Shown: in pieces, positions 1 to 9,382 of the stretch
Position numbering within the stretch: position 1 is the stretch's first letter
Layout: each line of letters opens with the position of its first letter
Origin: an uncultured virus (IMG/VR IMGVR_UViG_3300009378_001140)
Lineage: Duplodnaviria; Heunggongvirae; Uroviricota; Caudoviricetes
IMG/VR virus record: IMGVR_UViG_3300009378_001140
Direction: 5' to 3' (one strand)
DNA: 20,000 nt
Translations under genes and position numbers: made by a program
The notes under the pieces: generated by a model
The model's input: the letters and a program-made list of their open reading frames with translations, nothing else
What the model was told of the DNA's origin: nothing
Databases searched by the model: none

Positions 1-232
1 CTGAGCTCTTGACGTGATTAACTATATCGTCTCCGCTCTCAACTATTATAGCCTTCAACATTCCACCATTATGCGTTGTTATATCTCCGCTTGCATACCT
101 ATCATCTAACTTTGGCTTAAACGATAGAACAGTTTTATTCTGATACCTGAATCTATCAACTGCGCCTAACAGTCTCGTTGTCTTTGATCCAAACATTGGT
201 CCTGTAAATATTATAAACTCAGGCGATCTCAC
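1..232 (-). CDS. tdk: Thymidine kinase (TK1/type II family), N-terminal 77 aa; runs off the window
   Basis: Not in the ORF track. Manual translation from GTG at 232 (GTGA overlap with the cupin stop) gives MRSPEFIIFTGPMFGSKTTRLLGAVDRFRYQNKTVLSFKPKLDDRYASGDITTHNG..., matching the TK motifs GPMFxxKT, KPxxDxRY and I-x-T/S-H-x-G. Confidence 0.9.
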   Translation of the reverse strand, partial: MRSPEFIIFTGPMFGSKTTRLLGAVDRFRYQNKTVLSFKPKLDDRYASGDITTHNGGMLKAIIVESGDDIVNHVKSS

Positions 233-630
233 TTGCACGTTCTCCCATAGTCATCATCTAGTCTTGTGAATTGACTTTTCTTATTATTTCCTATTTCAAT
301 AATCTCACTATTTTCAATTGCAGTAATTCTATACGGGCTACATGACTGGACGTGCAACACATCACCTGGAAAAAACTCATCAATCACATACGGCCTTTCA
401 TCCTCTTTTGTCAATGTCAATTGATCTCCATGCTGTATTAAAACCTTTCCGCTAAGCACATATAACACCTCATCCTTATGATTATTATATTTTAAACTTG
501 TTCTATTTCCTGCTTCAATGGATAAAATTTTTCCATGAACTCCTGGTAGTGCACTCCAGACAATCTCATAACCCCATGGCTTTTTAACTTTTTCACTGCG
601 TCCTTTCCACGAGCACTTATTCATCTTCAT
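229..630 (-). CDS. Cupin-domain protein, similar to the C-terminal cupin of type II mannose-6-phosphate isomerase
   Basis: Pattern KPWG...KILxIxxG...SL...K-x-E-x-x-YVLSG...RLDDDYGR. The start may be ATG 624, which is better spaced from GGAG. Confidence 0.75.
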   Translation of the reverse strand: MKMNKCSWKGRSEKVKKPWGYEIVWSALPGVHGKILSIEAGNRTSLKYNNHKDEVLYVLSGKVLIQHGDQLTLTKEDERPYVIDEFFPGDVLHVQSCSPYRITAIENSEIIEIGNNKKSQFTRLDDDYGRTCK

Positions 631-1621
631 TTACTCCCCACCACCTAAGTGTTCTCTCAAGACCTTCCCAAAATCTCACTTGCACCTCATACCCGAGATC
701 TCGCTGAACCTTAGAGATGTCTGCCTGTGTATGCATTACATCTCCAGGACGCCACGGAGCGTGTCTAACAACAGCATGACTAAACCTATTAGTAAAAAAG
801 TCAAGAACTTCCTTGTTAGATGTCCTATCTCCACACGATACATTATATGCACTTCCTAAAAATGACTTGTTAGATGTTGCTGCTAAGACGTTTGCCTCAA
901 CTGCATTGTCAACATAGCACATGTCTCTTGACTGACTTCCATCACCGTCACTTCTTAGCGGGAGACCATTTTTAATTGCATTACACCACGCTGATATCGC
1001 TGTGGAGTATGGTGAATCTCCATACTGTCCTGGCCCGAATACATTAAAGTATCTTAAACACACGATGTCAAGATCATAAAGGTCGCCAAATAGCCTTGCA
1101 GCATCCTCTATTGCACTTTTTTGCCAGGCATATGGTGACTTAGGTGATTTTTGTGTTTCCTCTCCTGTAGGAAGAACTTCTGCGCCGCCATAGACTGACG
1201 ATGATGATGCCCACACGACACGGTCGACGTTATTCACGCATGCCTCAAAGAGCCTAATAGTCCCTGCTATATTTACATCAGTTGTCAGCGATGGATTTTC
1301 AACTGAATATGATACCCTTGGAATCGCTGCCTGATGAAATACCACATCATACATTTTTTCTGATATGTTCCTAATGATCTCCTTATGAGAAAAATCTCCC
1401 TGTATCACGAGAACTGCCTTATCATCTCTATCTGTTACAGCACTGTAAAAATTTTGCAATAAATCTACAGGAACAACTCTCATGGCTACACCTTCAAGCA
1501 ATTCAAGATGTCCATTTGACATATCATCAACTACATCAACCTTCCAGCCATCACTCACAAGACGCTTTGTTAGATTTGATCCAATAAATCCGCAACCTCC
1601 GGTCACTAAAGCTCTTTTCAT
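617..1621 (-). CDS. NAD-dependent NDP-sugar epimerase/dehydratase (extended SDR, UDP-glucose/UDP-GlcNAc 4-epimerase-like)
   Basis: TGGCGFIGS Rossmann motif, HQAA, SSSSVYG, catalytic YAWQK (YxxxK), LRYFNVFGP, GDGSQSRD. ATG at 1621 with GGAG upstream is preferred over the track start 1651. Confidence 0.9.
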   Translation of the reverse strand: MKRALVTGGCGFIGSNLTKRLVSDGWKVDVVDDMSNGHLELLEGVAMRVVPVDLLQNFYSAVTDRDDKAVLVIQGDFSHKEIIRNISEKMYDVVFHQAAIPRVSYSVENPSLTTDVNIAGTIRLFEACVNNVDRVVWASSSSVYGGAEVLPTGEETQKSPKSPYAWQKSAIEDAARLFGDLYDLDIVCLRYFNVFGPGQYGDSPYSTAISAWCNAIKNGLPLRSDGDGSQSRDMCYVDNAVEANVLAATSNKSFLGSAYNVSCGDRTSNKEVLDFFTNRFSHAVVRHAPWRPGDVMHTQADISKVQRDLGYEVQVRFWEGLERTLRWWGVNEDE

Positions 1622-1643
1622 CTTTTCTCCATTCTCATTAATT

Positions 1644-2555
1644 TTACTCAATTATGTGCGCAGAGTTTAAATTCATTCTAATTCTCGCAGATGTACAATT
1701 TACACCAATTCTTTTCCAACATTCCGACGCAAGATAGTAAAGAAACCTTAAGTCGTGTTCAAACAGCCTGACAACATCGCATGATCTTATCACACAATGA
1801 AAATCCATTATTTTATTTCTCTGACTAACTTGAATAAATGATATACAAGAATCATCAGTGTATACAAACCTTCTAGAAAAAATATCTTCCTTTCTCAGAT
1901 ACTCATTTTCTCCTGACATCTCTGATTCTATCTTTTTAAGAAGTGCTAAGAATATCTTTATGTAGTATTCTGACTCTGGCTCAAATTCTAAACTTTTTGG
2001 TGTTGCTTCCCTAAATTCTCCGTCGTCATGCAGTGTCAGCTGGAGCGGGAAGACCTCACTCCTCTCTGTCTGTCTTACAACCTTAGCTACAATACCTGCA
2101 ACATCTTTGAGCTGAAATTTTTCATGTGACGTTAATTCATCTATAACATGATCAGCTATATCATTTATTGGTGAGCTTTCAGATGTTATTCTTACAGCTA
2201 ACGGATGATCATTTAAACGCTTAAACTCTTTTTTAAACGACCTATGAACAGACTTTAAAGATCTAGCGTCGTGGATCTCATCTCCTCTCTTTTCAAATCT
2301 CTTCTTTATTACCCTAAACGGCAGATCGATGATAACATACCTGTTATTTAAATTGTACATCTCTCTGTGTAGATGGTCTTCCATATAGTCAATAGACCTA
2401 CCATACATCTCTGAAAACACCTTTCTAGATAGCTGTGATCTATCCATGAGGTGCCACCGATACCCAGTTTTTTTATGAATCTCCCGAATCAGAGACGTCT
2501 TTCCTGAACAGTCTGGACCCTCTACAAATATTGTATGTGCTGGAAATGATAACAC
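1644..2555 (-). CDS. Fusion: N-terminal dNMP (thymidylate-type) kinase + C-terminal thymidylate-synthase/dCMP-hydroxymethylase-like domain
   Basis: N-terminus VEGPDCSGKTS P-loop, DRS and RGDE lid. C-terminus SRR, C237-x4-Q, R257-S-C-D260-x7-D268 and terminal SAH(300). The GTG start overlaps the dnaE stop (TAGTG). Confidence 0.75.
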   Translation of the reverse strand: MLSFPAHTIFVEGPDCSGKTSLIREIHKKTGYRWHLMDRSQLSRKVFSEMYGRSIDYMEDHLHREMYNLNNRYVIIDLPFRVIKKRFEKRGDEIHDARSLKSVHRSFKKEFKRLNDHPLAVRITSESSPINDIADHVIDELTSHEKFQLKDVAGIVAKVVRQTERSEVFPLQLTLHDDGEFREATPKSLEFEPESEYYIKIFLALLKKIESEMSGENEYLRKEDIFSRRFVYTDDSCISFIQVSQRNKIMDFHCVIRSCDVVRLFEHDLRFLYYLASECWKRIGVNCTSARIRMNLNSAHIIE

Positions 2556-5500
2556 TATGCCACGTTCACCTGTTTCATCTTATATGACGACGTAGAACAC
2601 CCCCACGATTCACTGGACGAAACCTCAGCCAGCCATATTGTGTACAAGCCTGGGACAGTTTTAAACTTCGTCCACACGCGAAGCCAGGCGCTTTCTGAAT
2701 TATTGTCACATACCTTCATTCTATAGAACACCTTTCCATTTTTTGTAGTTCTCTCTTCAATAGATTGAATGCAGAACCATGCAACTGTCTTCTCGCTTCC
2801 ACTCATGCTAACAACTGACTTCACGCCAGACTCATTTATCTTTTTCATAAGCTGTGGAGGAAAAATTAGATCCTCATCTGCACCTGCCATTAGATCAACA
2901 CACATCTCAATTTTTTCAGACCTTGACCAGTCGCTAAGATCGTGACTTTCAAGAATCTTCTCGTTGATAAAGACAGGAACTCGACCTGTATCTTTTATCA
3001 TTCTCTTCACAGCTGTTTTTGTCATACCGTGTCTACCCTTCTTAAGAAGATCATAATTTCCAACAATTATCTCATGAAGCTGTCTATGATTTAAGATCTT
3101 TCCACTTTTCATCTCATCAAGAGATCCAAATGCCTCAACCTTACAAAGTGAATCGAAACACGTCTTATTCATCTTTGAAGGTTTCCACGTTCCTTCATCG
3201 GTAAATAGCATCTGGTCTATGCATGTAAATGGCCTTCGCATCATTATTTCCTGAACTGCTGACTTACCCACACCCTTTATTGCTGTGAGAGGAGGAACAA
3301 ATCCTTCTCGATCATCACTGTAAACCCAGACGTCAGATGATGTATTGATGTCAGGAGGAAGAAACTTATATCCAAGAGATTTTATTTCCGCCATTATCTT
3401 TCCAAACTTTGGTGAGCCGTTCCACGTCTGAAGGCATGTCGCCAGCCACTCTTTTTCATAATATGTGTGAAGCCATGCAGAGTAATATGAGTCAACTGCA
3501 TACGATACAGCGTGACTTGCGTTAAAGCCATATCCTGAGAAATATTCTATTGTCTCATATAGCTTCTCGGCCTTTTCCCTATCCATTCCGCTTAGGTTGA
3601 CTGACCCATCTACAAATTTCTTTCTAAGATCAATTCTTTCCTGAACCTTTGCTGCGTTTGAATCAAGAGATTTCTTTACAAGAGTCTTTCTCATCTTGTC
3701 AGACTCACCTTTATCAAACCCTGCTAGCTTCTGTGCTAACATCATAAACTGCTCTTGAAAACACAGATAGGAATATGTCTTGCCTGTAACCTCCTCTATG
3801 ACAGGATGGTCGTATGATATTTTCTTACCGGCATCAACTTCTTGCTTAGTCTTTACATACTTCTTATCGACCTTTGCTGCTAAAGGTCCTGGACGATATA
3901 TTGCGGTAATTGTAGCAAGATCATCAATCGATCGTGGCTTTGCATTTTGACAAAACTTTCTTGCACCAGAATTTACAAACTGAAAGATTTGAACGAATCG
4001 CCCACCATGATACACATATTCCCACACCCTTTGATCATCCATGTCATGATATCTGCTGTTTAAGTGATCATCAAAGAACTTATTTATCTGATCGAATGAA
4101 GGATTTTCAACACCTTTCTTTCTTAAAACTAGCCTAATGGTGTCCTCCACCATCTTCAATGTCGCAAGACCAAGAAAGTCAAACTTTAGAAATCCATTCT
4201 CTTCTAGATGCCTAAAGTTCATTCCTTCAGACCACGGTGTCTGCAACTCACCTCTGACTTTGACTATCGGCATGTGGGTCTCAAGATCAGGACACACCAA
4301 GACGCCGCCAGCGTGTCTGCCAATAGACCTCAACTCCATAAATAGTGTTTGAACATGCTCAGAAACCTTAGGGTATTTTTTCATAAACTTCTGGTATGGT
4401 TCACTATATTTCATGCAATCCTCATGAGTCAAAACATATGTTGATTTTTCCTCGTGGTCTCCCATAGCACGAGGCATCACCTCTCTTTCTAAAGGGTTTG
4501 TGAGCTTATTGACTTCATCAAATGGAATCCCGTAAAACTTAGACACATCTTTGATCAATGATTTGAGTTTTAATGTATTAAAATTTGATACAGGAATTAC
4601 AGAATCGTCTCCAAAGAGCTCTCTTGACACATCGATTAAAACATCTCGATCTCCGACGTCTGTATCAATATCAGGCCAGCTTGCTTTATGAAGACCCAAA
4701 AATCTCTCAAAGAGAAGATTATACTTTATTGGATCAACATGAGTTATTCCTAAGACATAATTAACAAGACTACCCGCACCTGATCCCCTTCCCGGACCTA
4801 TCAGGGTTTGATTCTTAGCCTTATCAAACACTTTAGTTAAGGTTAAAAAGTAGTTTTCAAACCCTAGTTCTTTAATGACAGAAAGCTCTTCTTTGACCCT
4901 GACGAGATATTCAGGCTTCTCATGAAGGTCTGACTTTATCATTCCTTCCTTTACCTGATCAACTAATTGTCCGAATGCTGACCTTTGGGGTGTTGTAAAG
5001 TCTGGAAGTTTTGCGCTGTTACCGTCAAACCAAACCTCATCACACATATCCCACGCAATGCCATAGGTTCTCCCAATTGAATCCTTTACTGTGTTCTCAT
5101 GACCGCGATAGAAGTCATATTGATCATAGCCTTTCTTAAATGACTCCCACATCTGTTGAGCATTCTTTGGGTATAGCTCGCACTTTAGCTCACTCTTCTC
5201 TGGAAGTTTTGGCATCTCATCATCTCTAGATCCCATTCTTCCTAAAATTTTATACATCTCTCGTGCCTCCCACATCTCAGGCCTGCAATAATGTGAGTCA
5301 GCAGTTGAGATAAGCGGGATACCAGTTTTATCTGACAGCTCTAGAAGACATCGATTTGTAAGGTGTTGTGCGACAAGATCGTTAAATTGCAACTCTAAAA
5401 AGAAATTTTCTCTGCCAACAGCATCAACAAATCTATCAGTCATGTTCTCAAGCTTTCTCATCACTGACTTGAGAACATAGGGATCATCAACTAATCCTGG

Positions 5501-6157
5501 TGATAGCTCATCAAATTGCTTATCTGGAAATTCCTGGAATATGTGACCTGATGCTCGGCCTCCCACACATGCTGTAGATACAATAAGCCCATCAGAATTT
5601 TCCTTTAGCATCTTGAAGTCAATCCTTGGAAATCTATAAAACCCTTCCTTATATGACATCTTAATAAGCCTAAAAAGATTTTGGAGACCTTTGAAATTTT
5701 TCGCTATAACAACAAGATGATATCTCCTCTTCCACTCTGGGTATTCACCTCTATCTTTCTTTGTCTCATTTTCATTTTCAACAATGAGACCCTCACTTTC
5801 GTCTCCGTCATCTACAGAGATCTTTCTTTTGGTCTCTCTCTCAAGCCTAACCCTCTCACGATGCTTATTGTAGTCATTTCTCCATTCTGATAGATCATCA
5901 ACGAAATAGCACTCACATCCGTATATGTGCCTATACTGCTTCCCTTTTGTCTTTAGCTTCTTTGCATAGTTATGCGCATGAGCTGCTGAATTCATGTGAC
6001 CGTGATTTGTTAAGGCTAGAGAATTCATTCCGTTCTCAAGAATGAAATCGATGTGCTCATTAGGATAGCCTAGACCGTCATAGACACTTGATCCATCATG
6101 TGCATGTAATCCGACAAATCGTCTGGGCGGAGAAATTTTATTAATTGACATTAGCAT
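2555..6157 (-). CDS. dnaE: DNA polymerase III alpha subunit (family C, DnaE-type)
   Basis: PHP motifs LHAH...DG, LTNHG, GCE, STAC, DSHY; GRGSGAGSL; catalytic PDIDTD; RHAGG; KFDFLGL; YGFNASHA; HhH IKGVG. Confidence 0.96.
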   Translation of the reverse strand: MLMSINKISPPRRFVGLHAHDGSSVYDGLGYPNEHIDFILENGMNSLALTNHGHMNSAAHAHNYAKKLKTKGKQYRHIYGCECYFVDDLSEWRNDYNKHRERVRLERETKRKISVDDGDESEGLIVENENETKKDRGEYPEWKRRYHLVVIAKNFKGLQNLFRLIKMSYKEGFYRFPRIDFKMLKENSDGLIVSTACVGGRASGHIFQEFPDKQFDELSPGLVDDPYVLKSVMRKLENMTDRFVDAVGRENFFLELQFNDLVAQHLTNRCLLELSDKTGIPLISTADSHYCRPEMWEAREMYKILGRMGSRDDEMPKLPEKSELKCELYPKNAQQMWESFKKGYDQYDFYRGHENTVKDSIGRTYGIAWDMCDEVWFDGNSAKLPDFTTPQRSAFGQLVDQVKEGMIKSDLHEKPEYLVRVKEELSVIKELGFENYFLTLTKVFDKAKNQTLIGPGRGSGAGSLVNYVLGITHVDPIKYNLLFERFLGLHKASWPDIDTDVGDRDVLIDVSRELFGDDSVIPVSNFNTLKLKSLIKDVSKFYGIPFDEVNKLTNPLEREVMPRAMGDHEEKSTYVLTHEDCMKYSEPYQKFMKKYPKVSEHVQTLFMELRSIGRHAGGVLVCPDLETHMPIVKVRGELQTPWSEGMNFRHLEENGFLKFDFLGLATLKMVEDTIRLVLRKKGVENPSFDQINKFFDDHLNSRYHDMDDQRVWEYVYHGGRFVQIFQFVNSGARKFCQNAKPRSIDDLATITAIYRPGPLAAKVDKKYVKTKQEVDAGKKISYDHPVIEEVTGKTYSYLCFQEQFMMLAQKLAGFDKGESDKMRKTLVKKSLDSNAAKVQERIDLRKKFVDGSVNLSGMDREKAEKLYETIEYFSGYGFNASHAVSYAVDSYYSAWLHTYYEKEWLATCLQTWNGSPKFGKIMAEIKSLGYKFLPPDINTSSDVWVYSDDREGFVPPLTAIKGVGKSAVQEIMMRRPFTCIDQMLFTDEGTWKPSKMNKTCFDSLCKVEAFGSLDEMKSGKILNHRQLHEIIVGNYDLLKKGRHGMTKTAVKRMIKDTGRVPVFINEKILESHDLSDWSRSEKIEMCVDLMAGADEDLIFPPQLMKKINESGVKSVVSMSGSEKTVAWFCIQSIEERTTKNGKVFYRMKVCDNNSESAWLRVWTKFKTVPGLYTIWLAEVSSSESWGCSTSSYKMKQVNVA

Positions 6158-6177
6158 CTTACCGCATGAATATCATA

Positions 6178-6206
6178 ATTTTACCACACGCATGCAAGAT
6201 GAACAA
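6178..6206 (-). promoter_or_regulatory. Putative sigma70-type promoter upstream of dnaE
   Basis: Minus strand TTGTTC-17 nt-TAAAAT with TG extended -10 (GTGTGG TAAAAT), in the dnaK-dnaE gap. Confidence 0.5.
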
Positions 6207-6224
6207 GAATTATGACTTAAATCG

Positions 6225-8090
6225 TTAGTCAACCTCTTCATACTCTGCTTCAGAGAAGTCATCGCTTTCATGAGATGTCTCTTCATTTTTTGATGCATTC
6301 TCATACATTTCCCTTCCGGCATTTTGAGATACCTCTTCAAGCTTCTCAAGAGCGCTTAAGAGAGCCTCTCTGTCATCCCCAGACAACGCATCCTTGGCAT
6401 CAGCAACTGCAGACGTAATATCAGCAAGAGTCTGATCTGATATCTGCCCACCTGAATCCTTTGTCATTTTTTCAACCTGATAGACTAGACTGTCGCATCT
6501 ATTTCTATCTTCTACGTCTTTCTTTCTAATTGCATCTTCCTCTTCATGTTGCTTTGCATCATTAATCATTCTTTCAATATCGTCATCAGACAGTGATCCT
6601 TTACCCTCTATTCTAATAGACTGATTTTTTCCTGTCGCCTTGTCTTTTGCTGAAACACTAACAATTCCGTTTGCATCGATATCAAATGTAACCTCGATCT
6701 GCGGGATCCCTCTCGGTGCGACTGGTATGCCGTCTAGCCTAAACCTTCCAAGACTCTTGTTGTTCTTTGCAAACTGCCTTTCACCCTGAAGAACATGAAT
6801 ATCAACAGACGTCTGACCATCAGCTGCTGTGCTAAATGTCTCATTTTTTGAACACGGTATTGTTGAATTTCTATCAATTAGCCTAGTCATAACACCGCCC
6901 AGAGTCTCAATTCCAAGAGACAAAGGTGTTACATCTAGCAAGAGAACATCGTGAACATCACCTGAGAATACCCCTCCTTGAACTGCTGCACCTAATGCGA
7001 CAACTTCATCAGGATTTACAGAGCTGTTAGACTTTTTGTCAAAGAGCTTCTCAACTGCAGACTTAACTGCAGGGATTCTTGTTGATCCGCCTACGAGTAT
7101 TACCTCATCAATGTCACCAACATTTAGCCCTGCATCCTTTAGGGCTCTCTTTGTAGGCTTCAGCGTTCTTTCAACAAATGACTCAATCATCTGTTCAAAT
7201 TTTGACCTTAGAAGCTCAACTTGAAGATGTTTTGGCCCTGTTGAATCTGCTGTTAAAAATGGCAAGTTTACCTCTGTTTTTTGGGTGCTGGAAAGCTCTA
7301 TTTTTGCCTTTTCAGATGCATCTTTTAGTCGCTGTAAGACCATCTTATCTCCGCTGACGTCGATACCTGTTTTGTTCTTAAACTCTTCAATCAGCCATGA
7401 TATTAATATCTGATCAACATCGTCGCCGCCTAGTCGAGTATCTCCATTTGTGCTAAGCACCTCAACAACGCCTTCTGCTATTTCAAGAATTGATATGTCA
7501 AATGTTCCACCTCCGAGATCAAATACAGCAATTTTTTGATCCTTTTTTTTGTCAAATCCATACGCTAATGCTGCAGCCGTCGGCTCATTAATAATTCTCT
7601 TTACATCAAGACCAGCAATCTGCCCAGCATCCTTTGTGGCCTGCCTTTGATCATCGTTAAAATATGCAGGAACAGTTACTACTGCTTCATTTATCTCACA
7701 TCCAAAATATGACTCAGCTGACCTTTTCAACTTTAAAAGAATCTGTGCACTTATCTCCTGTGGCGTATACTTCTTATCATCTATCTTTACGCTACATAGC
7801 TCACCCTCACCTGAGACAACATTGTACGGCACATTCTTAATATCATCTTTTGAATCTGAAAATCTCGCCCCCATGAACCTCTTGATAGAAAATACTGTGT
7901 TTTCTGGATTAACAACGGCCTGTCTTCTGGCAGGATCACCTACAAGCCTCTCACCCTCCTTTGTAAATGCAACAACAGAAGGTGTTGTTCTGCTTCCTTC
8001 TTCGTTTGTAATTATCTTTGGTGTATCACCCTCTATGACTGAAGCGCAACTATTTGTTGTGCCCAAATCAATTCCTAGTACTTTTCCCAT
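6225..8090 (-). CDS. dnaK: Hsp70 chaperone DnaK
   Basis: [48 protein letters not shown], linker [21 protein letters not shown] upstream. Confidence 0.98.
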   Translation of the reverse strand: MGKVLGIDLGTTNSCASVIEGDTPKIITNEEGSRTTPSVVAFTKEGERLVGDPARRQAVVNPENTVFSIKRFMGARFSDSKDDIKNVPYNVVSGEGELCSVKIDDKKYTPQEISAQILLKLKRSAESYFGCEINEAVVTVPAYFNDDQRQATKDAGQIAGLDVKRIINEPTAAALAYGFDKKKDQKIAVFDLGGGTFDISILEIAEGVVEVLSTNGDTRLGGDDVDQILISWLIEEFKNKTGIDVSGDKMVLQRLKDASEKAKIELSSTQKTEVNLPFLTADSTGPKHLQVELLRSKFEQMIESFVERTLKPTKRALKDAGLNVGDIDEVILVGGSTRIPAVKSAVEKLFDKKSNSSVNPDEVVALGAAVQGGVFSGDVHDVLLLDVTPLSLGIETLGGVMTRLIDRNSTIPCSKNETFSTAADGQTSVDIHVLQGERQFAKNNKSLGRFRLDGIPVAPRGIPQIEVTFDIDANGIVSVSAKDKATGKNQSIRIEGKGSLSDDDIERMINDAKQHEEEDAIRKKDVEDRNRCDSLVYQVEKMTKDSGGQISDQTLADITSAVADAKDALSGDDREALLSALEKLEEVSQNAGREMYENASKNEETSHESDDFSEAEYEEVD

Positions 8091-8165
8091 TTTTATCTCC
8101 TAGATTTGTTTTATCGGAATTTTCCTATCATAAATGTAGACACGATTTTATAAGAGGAAACCCTT

Positions 8166-9212
8166 TTATTGATTTTTTTGTCTTATTTTTTCAAGCTTTT
8201 CAATTAAAGACCGTTCTTCTTCACTTATCTCTTTTGGAATGTCAATTTTAACATGAGCATAATGATCTCCCGGACTCATGTCCCCCCTTATCATTCCCAA
8301 TCCACATAGTGAAAATACATCTTTTTCCCTTGTTCCTGCAGGTATGTTAAATGTAACATCACCGTGGAGTGTCTCTATTCTAATACTGTCTCCTAAAACT
8401 GCCTGACCATAAGATATCAAAACATTTCCATGAATGTCATTCATCTCTCTTTCAAACTTCTCATGGGGCATGACATCAACTCTCACTATCAAATCTCCAA
8501 AAATATTTGAAGCGGGATGGCAATGTCCCATTTTTGAAATCCTTAGCATCTCTCCTGACATTATCCCCTTAGGAATTTTAATATTAATAGACTTACTCTC
8601 AGCAGTCCTTCCTGCACCACTGCACATCGAACAATGTTTAATTACCTTTTTTCCACTTCCACCACAAGATGAACATGTCATTGAAATGTTTAAAAATGCA
8701 GCTTTATGATGAACCTTTCCAGATCCCTTACAAGAGCCGCACTCTTGTAGATCATTAGAATTTTCAATTCCCTCGCCGAGACATCTACTACACTGAATGC
8801 CTCTCTCAAACATGATGTTTCTTTCTGTTCCTGAAAATGCATCTCTTAAAGAGACGTTGATTCCTATGTGTAAATTTTCACCCTGTTGTGGTGGAGGTCG
8901 AGTTCCTTGTCTTTGCTGGTTGAAGAAGTTGTTGTCAAACCCTCTGAATCCAGAAAAAAAACTTTCAAATATGTCGTTTGGATTACCAGAAAATGAAAAA
9001 TTATGAAGACCTCCTGAATCGTATTCGCTTCTTTTCTCTTTGTTCGAGAGAACCTCATATGCCTCAGTCGCTTCCTTGAACTTTTCTTCTGCGTCTTTGT
9101 CTTCCCTGTTTCTATCTGGATGATACTGTAATGCTAGCTTTCTATATGACTTCTTTATATCATCGACGCTTGCGTCTTTTTTTACACCTAGTATTTTATA
9201 GTAGTCTTTCAC
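8166..9212 (-). CDS. dnaJ: Class A J-domain chaperone DnaJ
   Basis: DYYKILGV...HPD J-domain, G/F-rich region, four CxxCxGxG repeats, C-terminal substrate domains. GTG start overlaps the upstream TGA. Confidence 0.95.
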   Translation of the reverse strand: MKDYYKILGVKKDASVDDIKKSYRKLALQYHPDRNREDKDAEEKFKEATEAYEVLSNKEKRSEYDSGGLHNFSFSGNPNDIFESFFSGFRGFDNNFFNQQRQGTRPPPQQGENLHIGINVSLRDAFSGTERNIMFERGIQCSRCLGEGIENSNDLQECGSCKGSGKVHHKAAFLNISMTCSSCGGSGKKVIKHCSMCSGAGRTAESKSINIKIPKGIMSGEMLRISKMGHCHPASNIFGDLIVRVDVMPHEKFEREMNDIHGNVLISYGQAVLGDSIRIETLHGDVTFNIPAGTREKDVFSLCGLGMIRGDMSPGDHYAHVKIDIPKEISEEERSLIEKLEKIRQKNQ

Positions 9213-9382
9213 GTCTTTTGTAGTTTCTTATCAGCTATAGCTATGTGTGCCTTACAATACTCATGATCACTGTTGCATGTGTTTGCTCGACAGGGTTTAT
9301 CACTATAGTATCCACCGCAGCACTTGCTAAAAAATGCTTTATTCCACAGCCTGACTCTTTCTTCCCTATTCAATTGTCCCAT
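9209..9382 (-). CDS. Small (57 aa) CCCH zinc-finger protein
   Basis: From ATG 9382: [46 protein letters not shown]..., a C-x-G-x6-C-x11-C-x2-H pattern. It fills the gap between NDT and dnaJ, and its stop overlaps the dnaJ start (GTGA). Confidence 0.6.
   Translation of the reverse strand: MGQLNREERVRLWNKAFFSKCCGGYYSDKPCRANTCNSDHEYCKAHIAIADKKLQKT

Noticed and set aside
2555..6157. Possible intein or intron in dnaE
   Set aside because: No C/S...HN splice motifs or LAGLIDADG blocks; the length fits an uninterrupted DnaE.
7542..7550. A-AAA-AAG slippery heptamer in dnaK (D-K-K-K-D codons)
   Set aside because: It falls in a normally Lys-rich DnaK segment, the ORF is intact, and I saw no clear stimulatory structure.
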